64,000 bases of DNA, from positions 78,184,001 to 78,248,000 of the forward strand of contig NW_024704743.1 in NCBI RefSeq assembly GCF_018977255.1. Direction: 5' to 3'. The notes under the pieces are model-generated. The model made no database searches, was not told the DNA's origin, and saw only the letters and a program-made list of their open reading frames with translations. Below are positions 50,509 to 64,000 of the stretch, piece after piece; positions within the stretch are counted from its first letter, which is position 1; each line of letters opens with the position of its first letter. Source of the stretch: Callorhinchus milii (lineage: Eukaryota). The position numbers and the translations under genes are program-made.

Positions 50509-50858
50509 TGTAGCTCAGGGGATAGAGCGCTCACCTTGCAAGCGAGAGACCTGGGTTTAAGTTCAGGGCAGAATGTTGGGCAAGTTTCCTTACTCCACAA
50601 GCCTGTTTACCTGGCAGTAAATAGGAACCTAGTTGTTAGTCGATTGGCAGATCGCTTTTCCGGGCCTAATAATTCCTTCAAAAAAGAATAATAAATTGGT
50701 CACTCAATCCACGACTCTGTGGGATACTGCTGTACGCAATTGGCTGCCACGTTTTGCCCACAAAATACAGTCAATTCACTTTGCAGTATATTCTGTGAAG
50801 CACTTGGAGATATCTTGAAGACGGGATAAAGCGCTATATCAAATGCAACGATTACTAT
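50509..50858 (+). mobile_element. tRNA-Ala SINE, long form
   Basis: Same head and tail as the copy at 8107, plus an extra ~65-nt central segment 'gtttacctggcagtaaataggaacc...ccgggcct'. Confidence 0.9.
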
Positions 50859-51437
50859 CTCCTTGGAAAGTCCGACACCTCAAGCAGGACACCAGAAAAT
50901 GCCAAACTTTGAACTAACACATTTGCTCAAATTTCACCAACTTCATTTTGAAAACAGCCAACCTCAATTAAAGCATTCCTTAGAAATAGAATCTGCTCCC
51001 AGACATCCAGTTTCTTTAGACTCAAAGGGACACAAGTGTGAAATTCCAACTGGTTGATGTGAAATTCCAACTGGTTGGATCCCTGTTTTTTGGATGTAAA
51101 CTGCTTTGGAAAATCTGTTATAATAGTGATTAACTTGTAACATTTGTCCCTTTCAAGTAACACTATGAAATTTAGCACCAAAAAGCAATAAACAATTAAA
51201 TTACTTTCTGACTCCCTACTGAAGGCAATGAGGTAGTCAGGAAACCATTTTCCCTTTGCTGTACATCTTGTTTAAATAACAAAATAGGTTTGTTAGTTAA
51301 ACAAAATGTACACCAAACAGATCAAGAGTGTTATGTACCACCAAGGTTTACACTAACAGCACATGTAGAAGAGAGACATTAACAAGTGGGCACTGCATTG
51401 GAGATAGACCTCAGGGGACAGACTGCACCCAGCATTG

Positions 51438-53144
51438 AACATAAGAATTAGGAGTAGGCCATTCGGCCCCTCGAGCCTGCCCCGCCATTCGATAAGATCA
51501 TGGCTGATCTTCTGACCTAACTCTAATTACCAGCCCTATCCCCATATCCCCTAATGCCTCTGTTTTTTAAAAATCTATCAGTCTCAGCCTTGAAGATGTT
51601 CAAGGACTGAGCATCTACAGCCCTTCTGGGGTAGTGAATTCCATAAATTCACTACCCTCTGAGTGAAGAAATGTTTCCTCAACTCTGTTCTAAAAGGCTG
51701 ACCCTTAATTTTAAGACTGTGACCCCTGGTTATAGATTCTCCTACCAGTCCCTCAGTGTCTACTTTATCCAGCCCTTTAAGAATCTTATATGTTTCAATA
51801 AGATCTCCCTTAAATCTTCTGTACTCTAGAGAATACAGCCCTAGTTTATTCAGCCTATCCTCATAGGTCAGTCCCCTCATCCCAGGAACTAACCGAGTGA
51901 ATCTACGCTGCACCCCCTCTAGGGCAAGTATGTCCTTTTTTAAATAAGGAGACCAAAACTGCACACAATACTCTAGGTGCGGTCTCACCAAGGCCCTATA
52001 TAGTTGCAGCAAGACTTGCCTACTCTTGTACTCTAAACCTTTTGCAATGAACGCTAACATGCCGTTCGCCTTCTTAGTTGCTTGCTGCACCTGCAAACTA
52101 ACTTTTTGAGACTGGTGTACAAGGACACCCAAATCCCTCTGCACACTAACACTATCTAATCTCTCCCCCTCTCGAAAATAATTTGTTTTTCTATTTTTTC
52201 TACCTTGGTGAATAACTTCACACTTCCCCACATTAAATTCCATCTGCCACCTACTCGCCCACTCCCCTAGCCTATCTATATCCCGTTGCAATCTTTTTGC
52301 ATCATCCTCAGAGCTTATTCTCCCACCTAGTTTAGTGTCATCTGCGAATTTAGATGTGTTACATTCAATGTCCTCGTCTAGATCAATTGTAATTGTAAAT
52401 AGCTGAGGCCCAAGCACTGATCCTTGTGGCACTCCACTAGTCACATCCTGCCAATTCGAGAATGACCCATTTATCCCTACTCTCTGTTTTCTACCCGTTA
52501 GCCACTCTTCAATCCATGCTAATATGTTCCCATTAATCCCATGGGCCTTAACCTTGTGCAATAGCCTTTTGTGTGGCACTTTGTCAAATGCCTTCTTAAA
52601 ATCTAAATATACTACATCTACTGGTTCCCCCCTATCTAACCTGCTAGATACATCTTCAAAAAACTCTAAAAGATTAGTTAAGCATGACTTCCCTTTTGTA
52701 AAGCCATGTTGACTGCCTAATCTTGTTATGGTCTTCCAGGATTCCCATAACGACATCCTTAATTAAGGACTCAAGAATTTTCCCTACTACTGAAGTCAGA
52801 CTAACTGGTCTATAGCTCCCCATCTTTTCTCTCCCACCCTTCTTAAATAGTGGTGTCACGTTTGCAATCTTCCAATCAATTGGAACCGTTCCAGAATCCA
52901 GAGAATTTTGGAAGATCAAAGACAAGCCATCCACTATCTCAGTAGCCACCTCTTTTAAAACCCTAGGATGTAGGCCATCAGGTCCAGGAGATTTATCAGT
53001 TTTAAGACCTGATAATTTACCTAAAACCATTTCTTTACTAATATTAATTGCTCCAAGTTGCTCGCTAACATTTTCTTCTTGGTTCCCCTCTATTCTTGGT
53101 AGATTTTCAGTGTCTTCTAAGGTGAAGACAGTAGCAAAGTATTT
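51438..53144 (-). mobile_element. CR1 LINE ORF2 (RT), 5'-truncated, frameshifted
   Basis: KSPGPDGLHPRVLKE, DWKIANVTPLFKKG, YRPVSLTS, QHGF, YLDFKKAFDKVPH, GVPQGSVLGP, FADDTKL and RPHLEYCVQFW, split across ORFs 52674-53210 and 51584-52756. Confidence 0.96.
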
Positions 53145-55974
53145 TGTCACTGGGTACCAGACAAGACCAACCAGTAGCAGAACAGCATTGCGCTGCATGG
53201 CTACCTCCAAAATACGGTGACTACAACAACAACAACTTGGATTTATATAGCGCCCTCCATGCCGGACAGCAACTCAGAGTGCTTGAACATTGAAAACTGC
53301 ACTTTACATTGAATTCCTGGAAAGTGTTTGAGGCATCCTCCCACCATAAAGTTAATATTTATTATTACAAACTTTTATTGAGAAGAAAACTTTTTGAACT
53401 TTAATCAGGCCAAAGTCAACCTGCAGGGTTTCAACTAAAGAAGGGATTTTTGAAGGATCAAAAGATATCAAGCTTGGTCCCAGGCAGCGAATGGGGATTT
53501 TTGAAGTGGACACAACCCTGACTCAGCTGGCATGCATTTGTGGAGTCTCCTCTTTGGAAGCAACTGACGTTTACAGCCCAATGTAAACCAGGGAAAGGGC
53601 TTGTTAGGGACAAGACCAACATTATACTTTGTTTTTAGCACAAGCCTGATAAAACATTTTTGCAAGGCTGTGGAACTTTGAAGTAACTTTATGATATTCA
53701 TAAAATCAAGGGTCCCTGCTGGAGAAGCATGTTCATGGAGTTACAGATATTAGGTCACATCCTTAGTACGTTATTGGCTGGTAAGACATTCATACATCAT
53801 GTCCAACTCTTATCTGGTTAAAATTTTATGTTCACTCACAGGGGCCCCTCAAAGCCCTATAAATAAGACAATATAAAATGAAGAGTTTCCTGGAAAAACC
53901 TCAATAGGATGGGGGAGAATGCAAGATAAATTTAGAACAGACCTCTGCATTTTACTCTCCTACCAGATACAAGATTAGTTGAGAGAGAGAGAAAGACGGG
54001 GAGCATTTATTCCACATATAAGACACCGACCAAACCTTAAGATCCAATCAGGACAAAGATGCATCACAAGAAAGATTAATAGCTTGCATTATATTGTACT
54101 CTTGATGCGGATAGCGTCTCAAAGCACTTAACAGCATTGCTTGATGCTTCCGGAAAGGGAGGAGAGGTGACCAAAGGCACAGTCGACAAAGAAAATCTTT
54201 AGGTTTGATCTGAAGACAAAGAGGGAGCAAGATAGAGGGATTGAGGCAAGGAGTACGAGAGATCCAGAGCCATAGTGGCTGAATATAAAATACTTTTAGA
54301 ACAGATCTCTGTATTTTACTCCTCTCCCAAATACAAGATTAGTTTAACATTGCGTGGTAAAGACAGAGAGCATTTATTCTATATGCAAGACATTGACCAA
54401 ATCCTACATTACAATCAAGAATTAAAGACAATATTTCACATAAAAAACAACCCGTTGCATCCAATTTGTTGGTTCTCTGACCCCGTTGGTAAGTGGAATA
54501 CCTTTGAAGCAAACTTGGCTCCAAGACAATTGTAATGGAATCGAGTCAATTTTCTGTGGTGGTGAAAGTAGTCCAATACCTGAGCTAGTCAGATCTACAG
54601 TATTTCTTGGGGCTGTTGATGACAGACCAGCTAGCCTTGCTTCTTGGTAAGATTTAGGGGGAGTAGATCAATCATCGGTGCCGTGATTTTTCCAACTTGG
54701 TTCCTAGTAACCCTGCAAACCAAATGATGGTTCTAGCTGAACAATCAGCAGGAAAATGACCAGTGCTTTGGAACGGTACGCTGCACTGTTTCAGCTGATT
54801 AAAGCCACCCCACAAGCCTTGTTTTTTGTCATCATCCTGCACCTAAACTTTCTAGAATTAGGCAAGCAAGGTCCATCCCTCTGGGGAGTGAATGTGCACT
54901 CCTAAACAACAAGGAAACTGTACACAAGTCGAATTGTCAGTCATTTGGTTTGAAGACTCTCCAGCTAGGTATTCCAGTGTGTGGCAGACACCCAGCTGAG
55001 GGTAAGTGTTCAAAATTAAAAATACAAATTTAAAAAAAAAGGAAACACCAAGACAAAAAGTGATGCAACAAAAAAAAAAAAAGAGAAGGTACTCTCTTGT
55101 TTGAGAGGGACAAGCAAACACACTTGATACTGCTTCAAAAAATAACAGAACTTAGTAGTACAAGCCTCCTGCCTTAAGTCAAACTCTTTTGAGGGTATAA
55201 AGTTCCTGATCATTCTATCCTCCCACCATATTCACCAGATTGCAGCTGCACAGTTGAGGGATGACACCTCTGAAGCACCTCACCTCTGCCAGGATTTCGC
55301 CCACCATGCTGAACCATCAGCTGGGATACATGTGACAGGAGTCCAGCTTTGAACGTGGTCAGAAGATTAACACAATTGGGTGGGAAAGAGAGAAAAAGGA
55401 GACTGAGGAGGAGCAAACACAAGACCATTGCTCCACATGCTAATGATCCAATGAGTTGCAGGGCCCATTGCTCTTGGTGATGTGTGTGCTGTATTACTGT
55501 GACTAAAATGTACTGGCTGGAAGGATATAACACAATAGAAGATGAACTCTAGAAACAAACTCATAGATCTTCAGTGAGCCACATATTGAATTCAGCACCG
55601 TCAGGACACTGGTGTGGGGTCAATATAGGTTGCAAACTGGTATAAGTGTAGTCGTGGAAACTGCGCTACTCTTTCAACACAGTCCAGACCATCTGGTCTT
55701 TGTTTCCATTGATTCTTTGCTCTTGGCAGGCTCTCTGCCTTCCCCTGAAGCACATGCCATAATCAAATGACAATCAAACTTAAGAGAGGTTTGACCTAGC
55801 TACAGCACACCCAATTCAGGGAGGTTCATTAACCCTTGAAATATATGAAGGCTGCACATCACAGCCAACATGGCTAGTCACATTTGGACAAATTGCAAAT
55901 AAAAGCACATTTATAACACAGGGTTTGGAATATAATTATACTGAGTATTGGTCAGACGGGTTCCTGGTTTCCCA

Positions 55975-56105
55975 TGTTCCTGGGTTCAATTCACGACTCT
56001 TTGTGGAAGTGACCAATTTATTATTAATTGTTTTTGAAGGAATTATTACCCCCAGAAAAATGATCCGCCAATCGACTAACAACCAGGTTCCTACTTACAT
56101 CTAGG
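55975..56105 (-). mobile_element. Fragment of long-form tRNA-Ala SINE
   Basis: 'atccgccaatcgactaacaaccaggttcctactta' matches 24095-24130. Confidence 0.75.
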
Positions 56106-59100
56106 CATTCTACTTAGACAGGCAGAAAGTTAGACATTCTGCTTGTGCAAATCCATGTGTACACATGAACGCGAACTGTCATTACCAGAAATACACAATA
56201 TAAAAAGTCAATTGAGCTTTTATTTGAAAGAAAGGCTAGTTAGCTACTGCATAGATGCGCATACCACACCCAGGTCAAACAAGATCAGGCTTTAAAACAT
56301 ACTTTTTTTTAAAAAAAACAAAAGGGGCAAAGCTGCCAGGATATCACAGCTTACAGTGAACTACATTTCTTAAATAAACTTTGCCTATGAATGCAGGCTA
56401 AATGTTTTGTTCATTTCACATCAAACAGCTACTGCATTGTAAGCTATTGTACTTGCACTAAATATTTCACTGATTAGGGATAGCAGAAGGATGGTCAGTA
56501 AATCTGATTTTCCAGTGGATCTCCACTCACCTGTCCTAACAATAGTTAACAGATGTCCTCGAGCTTTACTGTAAATATAGCTCTGACCTTGGTCCTGCAA
56601 CTTTGACAAATGTCAAGATTCAGTAAGGTAACTTAAGAAGAATTTCACAAAGAAAATACAGGTTAAATAGTCACATATTTCACTGAGCCTGTTCCATAAC
56701 ATTTCCTAAACAAACTGCCTTTTAATGCAGTTTCCAGTTCAGGTCTAATGGATGCTGAATTGTTGTTCAGGGTCAGATGTTAAGATATGAAATGGGAAAA
56801 AACGCAGGCTCCAAACACCATCTAAGGTGACCATTCTTCTTATGCAAGCCAGGTTAGTGTTGACTGTTGGTGGACACATCAGCCAGGTCCAACGTTTGCC
56901 CTCACCCACACATGCACATGGACAACAATGAGGAACAGGAACGATGATTTTTACCGCCCTGGCCTCCTTAGCTTGAGCAAGTCAGAGCATCCCTACTGTT
57001 GCCCCGTCTGGAGATTAGCTAATTCGGAACAGACTGAGAATGGAGCCTGAAACATGAAATCTATGTTTAGAGCAACCACCCCACGCCCCTCACCCTCAAT
57101 ACACCAGACTTTAATTTTAAATATTATGCCTGCGAGCCTCACTGTGCTGCCACATTTTTGAATAGTGCTGAAAGTGTTTTTATGAAGGAGAATAAAAATG
57201 GATTGTTGCTACTGCACCTTGGGGACATTGAAAAAGCAACGCCTCGCAGGGCTCTTGAGTTCACAAAATAGCACGTCAACAATGTCTTCCAAAAAACAAA
57301 AAAAATTGCTGTAGCTTTTAAAGTATCGCAAAAGATTTTAAAGCGTGTATTCAAAATGGAATATGGAATACATGACCTACAAACCTGTAATACTGCTAAA
57401 GGAGATTAAATTCAGAGATACGCACTAGAGAGGAAGAAAGTTACAAATTGGTAATGGAAACAAGTGAAATAACTGATATAACAGTCAAATAAAACCACAG
57501 CAGAAAGCCCAACAAACAACAGTGCCTCCAGATCAATGGGATCACAACAAAAGGACTGTATCTGGGGAATTTCGAGTTACTGTCTTAAAGAGAATCCACC
57601 AGCCACACAACTAGTCGTAAAAGATTTAAAATATTTAAGTATGATGAGTCACTTGGGTTGGAATGGAAATTACCACCTAAATAGCAAGAAACATCCACAA
57701 TTCAAATACCAAACCCCTTAAGTATAGCTTCAAGTCAACTATGTGCACTGCTTTGCCATGAATACAGAGCTCCCTCCACTCAAATCATAAGCTTAATAGG
57801 ACAAACAGTGAAGTGGAAACGTTTAAGAAAAATATTTTCCTTCCTCTGCAAATCATTACAAACACATATGAAAGGATTTAAGTATTCCTACAAATGCTGG
57901 TGTTTAAGAAAAAGAGCTCTCCAGTCCCTCATTATGCTGCCTCTTACAACTTTTTTTAATATGGCGATGACATTGTGAAATCTGTTTTTAATGTTCACTT
58001 CCATCAGCTGTAAGACAGTACAGTAGTAGTGAATAACCATTAGCATTTACACAGCAAGTGCCACATGGGTGGATTTGGACTGCTGTCAAGAGGCACAGAG
58101 AATGCTACTACCTGGCTTCCCCAGGCCTGTGCTTTGCACTGAGAGCTCGGAAAGAATGGTTGCAGGTGCAGTTGACGAATCACTGTTGCTCAAACGGGTT
58201 TCCACTTTGTATTCAGATTCCTGTGTTGAAATGAAGCCAACAGACCAGATTACATTTCTACACAATCTATCTGCTCAATTAAACTTGAATACAGGGAATT
58301 TTCCACAATGCTTTATGTGTTTATCTTACCACTTTCAATAATGATCTGGCTCACTGAAAAAATAAATGCAATTTGCACTGAGTGCAGCAGCTGCAGGGCA
58401 CTGATCTGTTCCCTGAAATTCCAGTTGTTTTTTTTCAATAAAATAATAACAGTATCATTGTGACCTAAACTCTCATGCTGAATGAATCAGTATGAAGTTA
58501 TGAGCATTTTAATTGTATGTGACGTTTAGGTCAGTCCTGCCTTTGACTTTGTCCTGGCAACATTAACACAGAATTCCTAACTACCAGCAGGTATCTGGCA
58601 ATATTTGTTTTTAAAATAAAATCATTTCATAGACTAGTTTGAAATCAAATCAACATAAAGGCGAGACTTATTAAATTTACAGCCACTGGCAGTAAATCCA
58701 GCTTCTACTTTTAATGAACTAACTTATTTATTTAATAACCTAACTTTTCCGCTATAATTAGCATTTACGTTACTGTAGTCCACTTTCTCATCCTTAAAAC
58801 TCAATGCAACAGCCACAGCCAGTGTGAGATGCTGAATTACCTACTTCAACACACAGATACATCACCACTTGTGTTACTGTATATAAAAACAGGACCAGAC
58901 ATTGGAATCACCATAAATTGAAAACAGACATGAACACCCAACATTGAAGATCACTAAGGCCTCTCTCGATAGTTAACACCGGTTGCCAGTAGAAAGGTTT
59001 AACAGAATAATCTGATAAAAGTCTTCTATTGAATGAAAAGATTATATGAATTTACTGGATTTAATGACCAGCTAAAACTTTCTTCTTCCACAGCTGAGAA

Positions 59101-59366
59101 AATGCAGTGCATCAAAGGGAAACATTGGGTTTGACATTTACATGGTCATTGCAGATAGTTTCTCAACAACCACTTACACTTGAATTCCGCCCTTCACATC
59201 AGAAAGATGTCCCAGGGTGCTGGACAATCAGGGGTTTTGGATGTATAACCTTTTACAGGGTGACTTTGAATCACATTCCTGTTATGCAATAGATAGGTTG
59301 TAAACCACTTCCTCGGTTATCAGAAAATAACCCAACTTTTAAAGAGATATTTTTAGGTCTTTTCAA

Positions 59367-59595
59367 TGGCTCAGTGGGTAAATGTGAACATGATACTGCA
59401 CTGAATGGAGTAAGAAGGTCCCGTGTTTGATCCCTAGTCTCTGCTGTTAACTGATGTGTGCCAGAGCAGCAATAGGACTGCCACAATTGGCATCAGTGTC
59501 CCTGAGCTAGGACAGGAAAACATAATGTAGTGATCAGTGCTGAAATGCTCATGGTTTGATGTTAAGTGATGATAGGACTAAACTCAGCTACAATT
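59367..59595 (+). mobile_element. Old SINE-like family (other copies at about 7860-8650, 11165-11310, 28170-28445, 33530-33690, 35355-35520, 45660-45810 and 56830-57090)
   Basis: Pol III-like 'tggctcagtggg...gtttgatccc' head followed by 'acaattggcatcagtgtccctgagctagg'. Diverged copies recur in both orientations. Family name not assigned. Confidence 0.6.
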
Positions 59596-62500
59596 CAATC
59601 CTCTGAACAAATCATCTGTCGACACTCATTTTTCAGGCTTGCATGCAGAAACTTCTTAAGAGAAAGAAGTTTCAAAAGAGATTTCTGGATACACAGGAGT
59701 TTCATTCGCTTTCTGGAAGTCTCCTGCGAGAAGAAATTCCAACTCAGTAGGATTTTTAAAAAAAAAAACAGCAACTGCAGACTCGTATACTTCAAATACA
59801 GTTCAACCTCCACACACCAAACAGTCAACATCTAAATGAGGCAAGAATTTCTGGCACACGGGAGTTGAAAAAGCACTTGGGAAAGCAGGAAAACTGCAGC
59901 ATAAATGGTTAAGGAGCCAGGAAAGCGTCACAGGACAAAGTGGGTTTTGTATAAGGAATCCCGAGCACATCACACCAACCCACAAGATCTAGGCTATGAC
60001 CCAAGACTGCCTCAGAGCACAGCTCCTAGGGGTTGGTATGACGTACAGGGGAGTTCCTGAACAAAATGCCTTGCACCACTTATGCTCCAGTTTTCCTATT
60101 CAAGCACCTTTTCAATGCGACTGTCTCGTAACCTTTCAAAGGCATAAAAAACGTTTTAAAAAGATCTATGCACTTCTGTCCTACATTCTGAAAACTTTCT
60201 TTCTACTGAAGTTTTCTTAAAGGGAAGGAAAAGGCAAGACACCAAAGTGATAAAAGGAACGCGATATAGTGAGCTTCTAAATTGGTCACTGTGGAACAGA
60301 GCTTTATAGACAGAGGAGTGTGTTGTAGCAGCACTTTGCGGCACTGGGCAAGAAAAAGAGAAAGCAAAGCTGTTTCTCAATGGTTATCCCATGGCTCCTG
60401 CCCTTCCAGAAAATACAAAATCTGTCTAAGTGCTGCATCAGGCTGGGCAGTCATAAACTTAAATGATGTGTGAGCAGATTTAAGGGCACCGCATTCAAAT
60501 GTTTAATGCAAATAGCTTCCCATCAGTAAGGATCACCAAATTACTGATGAGTGAACATCACATTGGAAAGAGGTGTTGGTGGGAGATCTCACTCCAGATT
60601 GGCTCCCAACCCAGTAACTAAACAAGAATATTGGAATTGAGACAAAGGTGCTCCATTTTGTTTTCGATCTTTTGAAAGTTGGTTTGTTTAATGGCTGCCG
60701 ATTTTTGGACTGCTGGCATGCAGAACGGAAATGTGGTATTAAATATTTCTGCATCACTCCAACACAACTCACAGCAATTACATTGCAATCAATAATCCTT
60801 CAGTCAGGACATTTACTGCACCAAGCGCCCTGGTCAACATCAGCCACAGAAATAAAATTGACCGTCAACTCCACAGTGATTTCAAGGCAGCAATTTAAAA
60901 TCTCTGGATTCAGATGATTTATAAAGTGCTCAAAAGCTTTGTGCTCATAGTTTATTACCTCAGTGAGATTACTGACTGCTAATCACTCCCAGCTATCTAT
61001 TGTTTAAAATAACATGTGTTGGGACTTATTCAGAGTTTATAAATGCACCTGTAGCACCAGGAAAGAAAACCTTGTGCAAAACATTCCTACATAAAAAAAC
61101 CCACAGCATCTGGACAGTATTTCCTCAGATACGGAAATCTGGTACTGGCTACACAAAATTCCAGAGGCAAACATAAAACGTTACCACCGAGTACTGGATT
61201 CACATTCTTGCAATCCAGAGACTATACCATATTCAGTGATAGAAATGCACAAAATCTTAAGGGAAAACTCTTGTCAGGAGGAAGAGATGAACATTTCTGA
61301 GGGAGGGGAAAAAATAATCTGTTTTTTACAAAAAGGAAGAAACCACTCAAGTCCAAGCAGTTGCTGTCCTGCAGCTAAAACAAAAGAATTCAAACTGCAC
61401 TGTGAGGGGAAAATATTGCAAGCCATAGTGATGCATTCAGTCCACAGCAGTTTTAGCAATCTCTTTACCCTCATCCAACGTTAGACCATACAGACCTGAC
61501 CCAACCTAGAGACAGACAAGATAGACGGACAGACAGAAACAATGGTACCACAGAGAGACAACCGTGCTGTGTGACACAAACTCATGGGCTGTGGTTTCCA
61601 GCCTCAAACTGAGCCAAACCCTGCAAATTCCTGATATTACTGTAATTCCAATAAGGATGTTATATTTTGCAAAATGTTTATTATATATACAGGTGTAAAA
61701 CCATAGAAATAAGATCAAGTCAAGATGGAGCACAGCAGGTGATTCATTTTGTCTCTCTGGCCTAAATTGTTAACAAGTAAGATGTTAACAAGGTTCTGTT
61801 CAGAAATACGTAACTCAGCACATGATGTGGTTATAATGTGTGGAGATTTCAAATCGTAATCTTTAAAGATTAATGAGAAATCTGAGCAGGAACTTCCATA
61901 ACTGGACATACGTCAGGTCAACCCACAGGATTTGCCACAATTACAGTAATTTGCATTTATATAGCACCCTTCAAGCAGGATGGCATCTCGAAGTGCTTAA
62001 CAGTAGTGAAGCTCGGAGAAAGGGCAGGTGACCGAGGGCATGGTCAAAGATAAAATTCTTCATTTGCGATCTGCAGATGGGCAGAGGAGGCAAGACAGAT
62101 GGGGTTGAGGCAGAGTTCCAGACATTCAGGGCACTGTAGGTAACTACAGTGTGAGACCCGAGTGGTTCCCTTTGGTTGCCATCACATACTCAAAGTTTCC
62201 TTAGTCAGGAATCCCACAAGAAATCGCTGCGTTTGGATCCAATTTAAGGATGGAAACTAATTACATTGGGCCATGTAGTTTGAGAAGTAGATTCTAATGT
62301 GAAACCCCGGAGGTCTCGGTTTCAAATGTTCTCCACTAGTAGGTGGGAATAGGCAACAAAGAGCAATACAGATAGCGAGGCTCTGCAAAAGAAATCTCAA
62401 TGGGAGTCCATGCTTTTTTTAAAACTCATCAATGTAAATGCATCAGAAACGAATTAAAATAGAACGGTTAAATTCAATAGATACTTGTTGTGCTTTCTCT

Positions 62501-62699
62501 CCATCCTTCTCTCTCTCCTCTACCCCTCTCCCCCCTTAATTTTCTTTCCTCTTGAAAGATTTAAAACTTTTCCCCCTCTTCCAAAAAGGTACAATTATAC
62601 AGGTTCCATTCACCTGCTCTATTTCGGTAGAGGGATCATTTATTTCCACATGACCCTCGACAGTGAGTTTTGGGGGAACGAAGGGGAGGAGAAAATTCT

Positions 62700-63157
62700 C
62701 AACCGGAAAAGATCAGATACCGCCTTCTCCAGCTAATCCAAAACTGCATGCCCACATCCTCATTCGCACCAAACTCTGCATATCCATTGCATTAGGGCTT
62801 GACAAGTTTCACCAATTCCCTGTCTTGCAACAGATTGGCTTCAAGATCCTCATCTATATATTCCTTCATGCCTTAGCACCCCCCTATATGTGTCACTTTC
62901 TCCTATACAGCCTCCTTCTTGCCGTCAGCAGTGGCCAAACCTTACACTAATCTGCCCCAACCTCTGGAACTCCCTCCCCCGCACCCCCTCTAGTTTCCGC
63001 CATATCAACCCCTCTCAATCTATCTTTACATCCTGGCGAAAATACCATCTCCTCAACCGTACTTTTTCCACCTTACTCAGCGCCTGCACCCATGCTTGTG
63101 AAGCTTTCCAAGACGTTATCCTATCCGAAGGGCGCTATAGAAATGCAAGTTGTTGTT
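62700..63157 (+). mobile_element. Old L2 3' fragment
   Basis: FHQFPVLQQIGFKILIYIFLHALAPPY and PNLWNSLP, with tail 'ggcgctatagaaatgcaagttgttg'. Confidence 0.8.
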
Positions 63158-64000
63158 AATCAGGGTCTAAAGTTTCACAAGGAAGCCACGTGGATATGAG
63201 ACTAACCATGGGAGGAGTTTGGATTGAGTTCTTCAGATACATTTTGTGCTGAATATATTCGTGAATCGGTGACAGAAGCAACATAAAGTTCTGTTTTGAG
63301 TAAAAAACAGGTGAATTATAGAGCATTATGGCAAGACCTGGCCTGTGTTAAAAATACACACACGTGCAATTGTTAAGCTCAACAAGCTCAAAGTGATTCT
63401 TCACCAATCCCAAAAGATTGTTGAAATAGCTGCTTTCTCAATCAACTCCGCTGTTTCTGAAGTTAGGGAGAGGAAAGAATGAGAGGAATCCAGGCAGTCC
63501 CTCTAGCCAAGGGGTGGGGGGGGTGTGCAGAAGAAGACAGAGAGAAATCAGTATGGACACAGAAGTAATCACTAGTGGTAACTATGCCCTTGCTCTTATA
63601 AACATTGAATTAGAAAGTAGTAACTGCTCATTCTCATACCAAATTTACTAGTTTAAAAAGTAAGGCTACCGCCTTTTAAAAAGAAAGCTCAGAAACGCAG
63701 TGTGTAATTCAACATCAAATCTAGTCAGTGTTATGTTTTTTCTCACCATTTGCCCTGCTCGGTAAGAACAAAAGCATTTTCAAATCCAAATCAGAACAGT
63801 CTTGAAGCTCGATAACACAACATAGGAAATTACAGACAAAAAACCAAGGGCCATCTAGTTCGCCTTCCCATCTTCCTGGTGGTCGCATGTACATATGTCC
63901 CAAACTACCTATGTACTATATCCTATAATGTTATTTCCTAAAAGAAAACTATCTAATCTGTGTTTGAATTGAATGATGCAAGCATCTTAGGAAAAGCTAC

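Noticed and set aside
51037..51077. 20-nt tandem duplication tgtgaaattccaactggttg
   Set aside because: A simple two-copy slippage event with no further structure.
51584..53210. 390-aa and 178-aa ORFs as a functional or domesticated reverse transcriptase
   Set aside because: A frameshift separates them, small deletions hit conserved motifs, and the 5' part is missing. It is an ordinary CR1 relic.

Overview
Eukaryotic (vertebrate) genomic DNA, most likely from a cartilaginous fish (inferred from the DeuSINE/SacSINE1-like, CR1 and L2 repeats; species not determinable). Two genes lie tail to tail, as at the human BMP6-TXNDC5 locus. TXNDC5/ERp46 is on the + strand (coding exons 2-10, 300-12954, three WCGHC thioredoxin domains, C-terminal RDEL). 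BMP6 is on the - strand (coding exons 2-7, 46163-14450). Exon 1 of each gene is outside the window, and exon numbers assume the human gene structures. All 15 exons have GT-AG boundaries whose phases chain into open reading frames. The introns are full of L2 and CR1 LINE fragments, at least three SINE families and a tiny hAT MITE. I see no prokaryote-type system (no CRISPR or operon) and cannot claim a new biological system. The best leads are: a ~2.3 kb inverted duplication in BMP6 intron 3 with a gap-free ~93% identical 154-nt core; probable overlap of the two 3' UTRs; a BMP7-like BMP6 mature domain with Glu at the noggin-resistance position; loss of the helix-2 proline in two TXNDC5 domains; a possible TE-derived intronic poly(A) isoform of TXNDC5; and a covarying SINE/L2 3' stem-loop. 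Repeat boundaries are approximate and read by eye.
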